From positions 1 through 15,526 of the forward strand of contig NW_021825449.1 in NCBI RefSeq assembly GCF_006345805.1: 15,526 nucleotides of DNA. Direction: 5' to 3'. The notes under the pieces were generated by a model. It was not told the DNA's origin. It searched no databases and saw only the letters and a program-made list of their open reading frames with translations. Every line of letters starts with the position of its first letter. The stretch's first letter is position 1. A program made the position numbers and the translations under genes. The stretch is from Octopus sinensis. Taxonomy: Eukaryota. Below, in pieces: positions 8,246 through 15,526 of the stretch.

Positions 8246-8359
8246 AATCCTTAAGTCCTTAATAATGTTTCAGACCGAAGGCTGCGGCCATGCTGGGGCA
8301 CCACCGTTATATATATATATAATATATATATATATACACATACAAACACATGTATATAT

Positions 8360-8413
<54 letters not shown>

Positions 8414-8640
8414 ATATATAATATATATACATATATATATAATGCATACACACGTGCGCGCACATACACACATACACACATATGCGACGAGTTTCTTTCA
8501 CTTTGTCTTTCGAATCCACTCAGGAGGCTTTGGTCAGCTCGGGACTACAGTAACATACACTCGCACAAAATGTCACCCAGTAGCATTGAACCTGGAACCA
8601 TGTGATTGTGAAGCAAACTATTAACCACACAGCCACGCCC
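7913..8640 (-). mobile_element. Old, diverged full-length family A SINE with an expanded internal (TA)n/(CA)n
   Basis: Tail and body at 7913-8130 (ccttgtttcagccactggactacagtcatgctggagcatcgc...gggacaaacac), microsatellite at ~8130-8480, head at 8483-8640 (cgacgagtttctttca...accacacagccacgccc). Confidence 0.82.
8248..8306 (-). mobile_element. Isolated ~60-bp LINE/SINE 3' tail nested in the microsatellite of the old SINE
   Basis: The reverse complement is cggtggtgccccagcatggccgcagccttcggtctgaaacattattaaggacttaagga. It has the shared tail motif but a different stem-loop and a different terminal repeat. Confidence 0.8.
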
Positions 8641-9375
8641 AAATCAAAGAAATGGTTAAAATAGTCTGCATGTTTGAGTATATATCATATGACAAGATCA
8701 GTCATATTCTATATTAAACCTTTTTCTATTTTTCTTTTCACGCCTTTAAGATATGTTCTTAAAGCAGTTTCTTTTCTTGCACTTTGCTCTCTACTAAGTA
8801 TTTATATCAATCTCACCACGACTTACTAATGGAAAGGTTGATCTGCTTGACTTACAATTGGATTAACAAGGAAGTTGTTGAATATACGATGAAATAATCT
8901 CTAGCTTAGTAATGTCATAGATATCATGTGTTCTGTACGAAGTTGAAAGAAAAGTCGATTGCATTTTTTTTTCCAGATTTGTGTATTACACTTACTACTT
9001 TCAAAACTATTCATAATTTTGACTAATGACGCAGCCTGGCATAGGATGACTTACAAAAGCTTATATCGAACATACGAGAAGCGGTATGAATGAATCTTTA
9101 AGGAAAATTTTGGTCTTATAATGGGCTTATCATTTTAATGGTTTTTTTTTTACTTATGTCTTTTCAGTTATGTCAAATAACAAAATTTGTTGATGGACTC
9201 GTCTAAAAAATTTGAAGATGAGTCCAGCACTGCCCTAACTCTCATCAATTTCTTCAAGTATCATTTGAATAAGATAGAAGGGGAGGTGCTGTTTTATGGT
9301 GTGTTTATCGAAAGTTGGATGAGAGTGGCAAAACCAGTGAGGTTGATTGGGTCTACACTGATTATGCATATCCCT

Positions 9376-9546
9376 CAGGAACCCAACAATAATTGGCACT
9401 ATCTTCACCTTCTTCCTTTTCCACAGTCGAACTATCCCGTATTTAAGGGGGTTGTATGTGTCTATTTTTTCACCTTCCTTCTTGACTACTCGCGGGTCAA
9501 AGAGGCACGCAACATCAACATAAATTATTATTATCAAACTGGACAA
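9376..9546 (-). mobile_element. Decayed non-LTR retrotransposon fragment: C-terminal restriction-like endonuclease (RLE; R2/R4/NeSL-type clades)
   Basis: IIIYVDVACLFDPRVVKKEGEKIDTYNPLKYGIVRLWKRKKVKIVPIIVGFL matches the RLE pattern (PD)..IDVA.P.D.....KE.EK..KY..L..EI.RLW....V.VVP.IVGALG. The PD motif is lost and KY has become TY; no RT is present in the window. Confidence 0.8.
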
Positions 9547-10126
9547 TCTCGACCATAGTTTATTGCGTCCGCTACTTATACAAGTTTTTAGATAAATACT
9601 ACGTAAAGTATACTAGCCATCTCAATATGGCTAACCACTAAGGGTGGGTGTTACTGTAGCTTTTAGCCCCAGGAGATCATCGTCTCCAGCTGGCTTTAGG
9701 CACACTTTGTGCCCTTATGGTATTTGCAAAGGTAGGTCATCCCTCTCTCGTAAACCTAAGTGATACGCACGGACTGCAGTTTCTAGGTATTTGCCTGTCT
9801 TCGGCGTACGGCAATCAGTTGTACATTTAGATATGAGGCAGCTTTATTTTCTCGCCTAAGATTAAAAACTGCCATTAAGATATCATTATCATAAGCATAA
9901 TCATAAACATCAACGGGTTCTTCGTCGTTGGTATTGATGAGTTGTTGCTTCTATCAATAGATTTACGAGAGTGAGATTGCTTGCTTTGTTGTTGTTGTTG
10001 CTGTTGTGTTAGATTTTTTTTTGCAGCAGATTTTTAAAAGGTTTTATAAATGATTCACTGCGTGGCTTGAAAATAACAAGAAATTTTATTTTTTATTGTA
10101 GAGGAAAGATATGAAATGAAATGAAA

Positions 10127-10204
10127 AACAACAACAACAACAACAACAAAACATAAAACAGCAGCAATAACAACAACAACAACAAGAACAACAACAACAA
10201 CAAA
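10127..10204. repeat. (AAC)n microsatellite
   Basis: Read directly from the sequence. Confidence 0.95.
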
Positions 10205-11116
10205 GAACGTATTCGTTTTTTTTTCTTTTCTTTCTTTAATCTTTGTTGAATTATTTACGATTGGTTAAATTAATGAAAACCGCAAATAGAGAGAAGAAAT
10301 GGTAGTTGCCGAAAAATAAAAGACGAATCAGTTATAAAGAAAGAGAGAAAGAAAGAAAAAAAACAACAAAAAACAAATAAATAAAAGACAAAGAAAAGAA
10401 AGGAATGAAAAGATGTAAAGTATTTTACACCAAATTTTGCTTTCTTCCTACTGGAAATGGCTGCTGATAAAAAGATGGAGGGACAATGAAGAATGTTTAT
10501 CGAATAATACGGGAATTTATCCGAACATTTGTTAGAGAAACGTCGTGACATAAATGTGTTCCGGTTCGGAAATACAGAGTAATCGCCCCTTTGATCACAG
10601 TATTTCAATTTCTCCACGCTTCCGTCCAGCTCTGCTAAATTGTCAGAAAATTGGCAATAAAACTCGATCAAACTCAATTCTTAGAGAACTGATTGAAATT
10701 TGCGTGTTCTTTCGAGCGAATAAGAGCAATTTTTTTTTTCTTATCTCGGGCTATGAATACCACTCTATTTGTATTAAAGCGGGATTAAAACGGTGGCAGA
10801 CGGGAGTGGGGGAAATGCAGAGTGGATGGATAACAGACACACGTTAACACGATGAATGGAAATAAATATAAGTAAATAAATAAATACAGGAAAAGCCATT
10901 ACCGGATAGAATTTCACAATATGAATGCTACTGTTGGAATTACTGTGAATTCCCGCTACTCGTGTTGTGGCAAATGTAATAAACAACATATGTACTGAAC
11001 AGTAGCTTGGAGTCATAGATGAAATGAGTTCGAATTTTATCTTGATATGTAGTAGTTAGAGCGTGTACCAGTTTTAATTTTTACATGTGCTTTTATAATA
11101 GTCACAAGCAAACAGC

Positions 11117-11532
11117 GGATCTTTTCGGTTTGAACGGCAGTTTTTTAAAAATAATTTCCACGTAACTAAACACTTTTAAACTTCGTATACTGGTAGAATG
11201 TGTTTATAAAACATCTTTTTCTCTTGGCTTTATTGAGAAAATTCTATAGCTTGTAAGATATTTGTTGTTTTTTTTTCTTCAATTTCTGCAATTTCAACCA
11301 ATCAATGACGTCTATTGAGGTGAATACATTGTGCCGTATGAATATGTCCCTCGTTTAAGAAACAAATTGGGTTTATTTACATTTCTGAAAAGAAAAGATA
11401 CCCTTCTCCCCATCCCTAACCCTAACCCTAAAACAGATTGAAATGCAATAGATCGATACTAGGGTCATAATTATGGGTGACAATTTCATATGACACCGCT
11501 AGAAAGAACTGCTGTTCAAACCGAAAAGATCC
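11117..11532. mobile_element. Merlin-like non-autonomous DNA transposon (416-bp MITE)
   Basis: 26-bp TIRs ggatcttttcggtttgaacggcagtt (11117-11142) and aactgctgttcaaaccgaaaagatcc (11507-11532), 25/26 match. Perfect 8-bp TSD caaacagc at 11109-11116 and 11533-11540. GG-start TIRs with an 8-bp TSD fit the Merlin/IS1016 superfamily. Confidence 0.88.
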
Positions 11533-12083
11533 CAAACAGCAGCTCGCGAAACTTACCGAATGGCGCGCTTAAAAAGAAAAAATCTAGTCTTTTTAGTAGT
11601 ACGGCCTGCTTCATGATAAGCCATATCTCATGTGGCCCGCTTCTCAACAAAGCTTGATCATACCTGCTCTATAGTGACAGGGGATTACAAGTTGTGAAGT
11701 TGAGGCTCTCATGGCATTCCAGAAAGAATTTAGAACATGAATGAAATGTAATGGCTGCAGAAATTGACATAAAATTAAGCTGCTTACTCGGCTCAGGAAG
11801 AATATTTATTTATGTTATTCATCACACTATTAAAAGCTTAGTTAAGTGTAAGATTGCTAATTTATAGGCGTGTGAAAATTGAACGTAGAGAGTTTCATTA
11901 TTTTTGTTTTTTTTTATGTATCAGATGTGTACGTGAAGATGATTAACGGAAACTCTATGGTAATGTCCAGGAGTAATCTACGGGCAACAAAATATACGAA
12001 ATCTTACTCAAAGTAGAGAAATGCGATCATAGATCTGGACTTCTTCCTTTATCTTTAGAATGTCGTCATGAACGCTATAACCT

Positions 12084-12084
<1 letters not shown>

Positions 12085-12161
<77 letters not shown>

Positions 12162-12360
12162 AGTCTGTCTTTCGGTCTGTCTGTCTGCCTGCTTGTCTGT
12201 GTGTCTATACATTTGCATTTCTGTATATGTATATACATACATACGTACATACATATATACATACATACCTACATACATACACATTCGCACACACATATGC
12301 ATGTTTTATGTGTATGTATGTATGTATGTATGTATGTATGTACGTATGTATGCATGTATA
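12085..12360. repeat. (CTAT)n, (CTGT)n, (TACA)n and (TATG)n microsatellites
   Basis: Read directly from the sequence. Confidence 0.95.
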
Positions 12361-13001
12361 AAGATGATAGAGTCTTGAAGTTTTGCATGAAAGAACGTGC
12401 AGAGGAACTGAATGCGTGTGTCAACTTCACAAACTTCTTTCTTTCCACATTTGTATGACGTCATTATATTTCAATGATTTGGTTTTCAAGGCTCACAATT
12501 ATTTGAATATTCAGAAAAGCTACCAAATTTAAGCAACATTTTTTTTCTGAAACGCATGCATAACTTTCAAGGGTTCCAGATTAACTATCTTCAACTGGCT
12601 TTATCCAAGAAGAATCTGCCTGTGTGAGTCAGCAATTAGCTGATTCGTAAATCTGAAATGAATAGTCATTCATGATTAAACATGTACATTAGAACATACA
12701 ACAAAGAATAGGGACCAGCCGCACGGAAAATTGTTGATTAGCCGCAAGTCAGAGCGACTGAGCAGAATTATGATCAAAGGTGCTCCAACTGTAACCATTC
12801 TTTTATTTTTTTTGATTCGCGTTTGTTTGTTTTAGGTATGCTGTATGTACAGGACCACATGTTTCTGTGTTCTTATTTTCTAAGGCCATAGGATGTGATT
12901 TGAAACACTTTGTGCTATTTCTAGTTAGTTACGAAACTATATGGATGTTTCCACGTTGGCTCGGTATGAAGTCATTGAAAGCGATGAAGAAACAGAAAAA
13001 A

Positions 13002-13529
13002 GAGTGGTTGTGTGGTAAGTAGCTTGCTTACCAACCACATAGTTCCGGGTTCAGTCCCACTGCGTGGTACCTAGGGCAAGTGTCTTCTACTATAGCCTCG
13101 GGCCGCCAAATCCTTGTGAGTGGATTTGGTAGATGGACAACTGAAAGAACCCGTCGTATATATATATATATATATGTTATAATATATTTGTAATATATAT
13201 ATATCGAATATATATATGTATATATATATATTATACTATATATATAGATATATAATATATATCTATATATATATATATATATATATAAATGTACGTACGT
13301 GTGTGTATATGTTTGTGTGTCTGTGTTTGTCCCCCCAACATCTCTTGACAACCGATGCTGATGTGTTTACGTCCCCGTAACTTAGCGCTTCGGCAAAAGA
13401 GACCGATAGAATAAGTACTAGGCTTACAAAGAATAAGTCCTGGGTAGATTTGCTCGATTGACTAAAGGTGGTGCTCCAGCATGGCCGCAGTCAAATGACT
13501 GAAACAAGTAAAAGAGTAAAAGAGTAAAA
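13002..13529 (+). mobile_element. tRNA-derived SINE, family A, near full length
   Basis: A box tggttgtgtgg, B box ggttcagtccc, core-like cctagggcaagtgtctt, internal (TA)n, body, then tail ggtggtgctccagcatggccgcagtcaaatgactgaaac and (aagagta)n. Confidence 0.93.
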
Positions 13530-13895
13530 CAAACTAAAATATTAATGGTCTAAATATGTTATATTACCTAACATACAGTCAAAAGACAGATGGATCACCT
13601 GCAATGCGGTAGATGATTTTCGTATTCTTAAAACAATATATACCAGCTCAATGCTCGTTACTGACGGGAAAATGATAAGATTTTAGAATTAAATTGTTTG
13701 TCCATTTAAACTGCTACGTTTTAATATAAAAAAATGTTCAGTTTAAATATAAAAGTGTTTGAAAAGTATCTTTTCTTTTTCAGAAAAAAATATATGTTAT
13801 AAAGTGCTTTTTAATTGGGTATATTATTGAAATTTAGGTAGTTTTTCCCAGCGAAAGCTTAGTAAATAATCTTTTAACATTGCTTAACAAAAAAT

Positions 13896-14036
13896 TGCAG
13901 CGTGGAAGGTGTTTATAAGCCATTTAAGAAACACACAAAAACCGTTAGATTCACTTCAACATTTAAATTTAATTTGTCAAAATATTTTCGTCGCTTTGAG
14001 ACCGCGACCTGTTCACTGACAAAACTTCGTGCTGCA
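13896..14036 (-). mobile_element. Short hammerhead-bearing unit (solo Penelope-like pLTR or retrozyme-like monomer); boundaries uncertain
   Basis: Contains the hammerhead below and is bracketed by tgcagc (13896) and gctgca (14031-14036). The PLE link is inferred from the ribozyme architecture only. Confidence 0.45.
13973..14023 (-). ncRNA. Minimal type-I hammerhead ribozyme with a G3:C8 core variant
   Basis: Minus strand: stem I UUUGUCA - core GUGAACA - G - stem II GUCGC/loop GGUCUCAAA/GCGAC - GAAA - AUAU - UU - stem I' UGACAAA. All helices and the core spacing fit, and C3/G8 are swapped as a compensatory pair. Confidence 0.78.
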
Positions 14037-14515
14037 TCTCGCTATGCAAGTACATTTCCGTAATAACAAAAAATGTTTATTTCAAAAATATTTTATTTCA
14101 TAATCTGCAAACTCGTTATTTAAATTATTCAATATCCATATTAATTTCAATTAGCCAAGACTTTGTTTTCAATCATTATGGATTTCTCTAGATGATTGGT
14201 GGAGACATGATTACTATTTCTAGAAGATCTTGTAAGCATTTGTGAATATGCGTGTGTATGTTAGTAATATTTGTGACAGATGATAAATATCACAGATAAT
14301 TTTATTTTCATAATAATTTTGACTACAATGCCAAATTGAGATTTCAATGAAATCTAAGGCAAAACTTCCTCATTACATAAAAGAAGCGGTAAATGATAAA
14401 TTTCAGTGAATTATTTTTATTCACAATAAAGAATGTTTTCATGACTTCAAATTTTACAACTTTCACAGACCAATGGACGGACAGAGAAATAATATTATAC
14501 AAATTATATATATGT

Positions 14516-14923
14516 GGCGCAGGAGTGGCTGTGTGGTAAGTAGCTTGTTTACCAGCCTCATGGTTCCGGGTTCAGTCCCACTGCGTGACACCTTGGGCAA
14601 GTGTCTTCTACTATAGCCTCGGGCCGACCAAAGCCTTGTGAGTGGATTTGGTAGACGGAAACTGAAAGAAGCCCGTCGTATATATGTATATATATATATG
14701 CGTGTGTGTGTTTGTGTGTCTGTGTTTGTCCCCCCAACATCGCTTGATAACCGATGCTGGTGTGTTTATGTCCCCGTTACTTAGCGGTTCGGCAAAAGAG
14801 ACCGATAGAATAAGTACTGGGCTTACAAAAGAATAAGTTCCGGGGTCGAGTTGCTCGATTAAAGGCGGTGATCCAGCATGGCCGCAGTCAAATGACTGAA
14901 ACAAGTAAAAGAGTAAAAGAGTA
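14516..14923 (+). mobile_element. tRNA-derived SINE, family A, full length
   Basis: Begins ggcgcaggagtggctgtgtgg (A box), ggttcagtccc (B box), ccttgggcaagtgtctt, internal (TA)/(TG)n, then tail ggcggtgatccagcatggccgcagtcaaatgactgaaac and (aagagta)n. Possible short TSD tatgt. Confidence 0.94.
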
Positions 14924-15526
14924 TGTTTTCTACAATGTATATCTGATTTCTAGAGCAGATTAACATAATTCTTTCACTGTATCACTGAAGGCAGCTTGGA
15001 ACGCAATCCAAAACAAATGTGAAGTGTAAAACATTTTGGAATGATAAGGCACCTGGAATTGAGATGTTCATACCTTTGTGAAGAGTATCGGGGATATGGT
15101 TGAAATAGCTGTGATCGAAAATTGGAAGTGAGCCTCATTTTCATATTAATTACTTTTTCCATCGATTACCTTCTACATTATGACACTTGCCTTCTCCAAA
15201 TATGATAATTTTTGACGTAAGTGAATTTCACTCCTGAGGGCCTAAGCGACGTAAAAGAGGAATTTGTGCAAGGAAAGTGAGACTAGAAACCGTATTTCTA
15301 ACGCGTTTAGACGGGACATTATAATTTCTCTTCGACGCTTGTCAAGCCACTTACCAACGTGGAAGTATTTCAATTCGAACACTGAAGGAACAAAGCAGCA
15401 GACAAAGAACAACACAGACAAAACAATGATTTTAACTGAATATGGAAACTACATTGAGAAAAAAAAAACAAAATCACTAAACACTGACATTTTCTGTTAG
15501 TGTACTGAAATCAAGTGAAATCTAGT

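Noticed and set aside
9640-9760. Possible HDV-like ribozyme (GC-rich hairpin ggagatcatcgtctcc)
   Set aside because: I could not build the nested double pseudoknot or find the L3/J4-2 consensus.
10270-10847. ORFs of 135 aa (-) and 97 aa (+)
   Set aside because: No recognisable motif, low-complexity ends, and no convincing splice-site pair.
11414-11431. Telomere or telomere-fusion site
   Set aside because: Only three units, and they are internal to a TIR element.
11557-11567. Possible 11-nt microexon (ttttaag|cgcgccattcg|gtaagt, minus)
   Set aside because: Weak AAG acceptor, frame-shifting length and no UGC context; plausibly chance.
11664-11754. 91-nt minus-strand segment bounded by AG/GT, open in one frame
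   Set aside because: The peptide PLHFIHVLNSFWNAM... has no acyltransferase similarity, and its phases do not fit the neighbouring exon.
12625-12652. Minus-strand cag|ATT TAC GAA TCA GCT resembling the family TYESAS motif
   Set aside because: A stop codon follows three codons later, and it lies upstream rather than downstream of the identified exon.
12700-12960. Possible degraded retroelement tail fragments
   Set aside because: Only short partial resemblance (aaaggtgctccaactg) to the SINE tails; not supportable without a consensus.
13002-14923. Repeat-spacer organisation as a CRISPR array or satellite
   Set aside because: These are dispersed SINE copies with irregular spacing in eukaryotic DNA, with no cas genes.

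Overview
AT-rich, microsatellite-dense eukaryotic DNA. Its repeat content suggests a cephalopod (Octopus-like); this is an inference. No ORF in the supplied track looks like a real gene. One genuine 123-bp coding exon on the minus strand (3869-3991) is absent from that track. It encodes LISDLDLYVLRFTNFGKEFPKSQNMSPDSFIQLALQLTYY(K), a choline/carnitine acyltransferase segment (ChAT favoured), so the rest of the window is probably intron. The introns hold three tRNA-derived SINE families, two hAT-like MITEs, a Merlin-like MITE with a perfect 8-bp TSD, a Helentron/HINE-like element and a decayed RLE-endonuclease LINE fragment. The most unusual items are: (1) a minimal type-I hammerhead ribozyme with a compensatory G3:C8 core swap (13973-14023, minus, sense to the host gene); (2) a near full-length 5S rRNA fused to the 3' tail shared by local SINEs (candidate SINE3 or chimeric retrocopy); (3) covariation in that shared 3' stem-loop; (4) a perfect 70-bp spacer-less palindrome and a fold-back of two SINE heads; (5) a candidate 27-nt UGC-flanked microexon.
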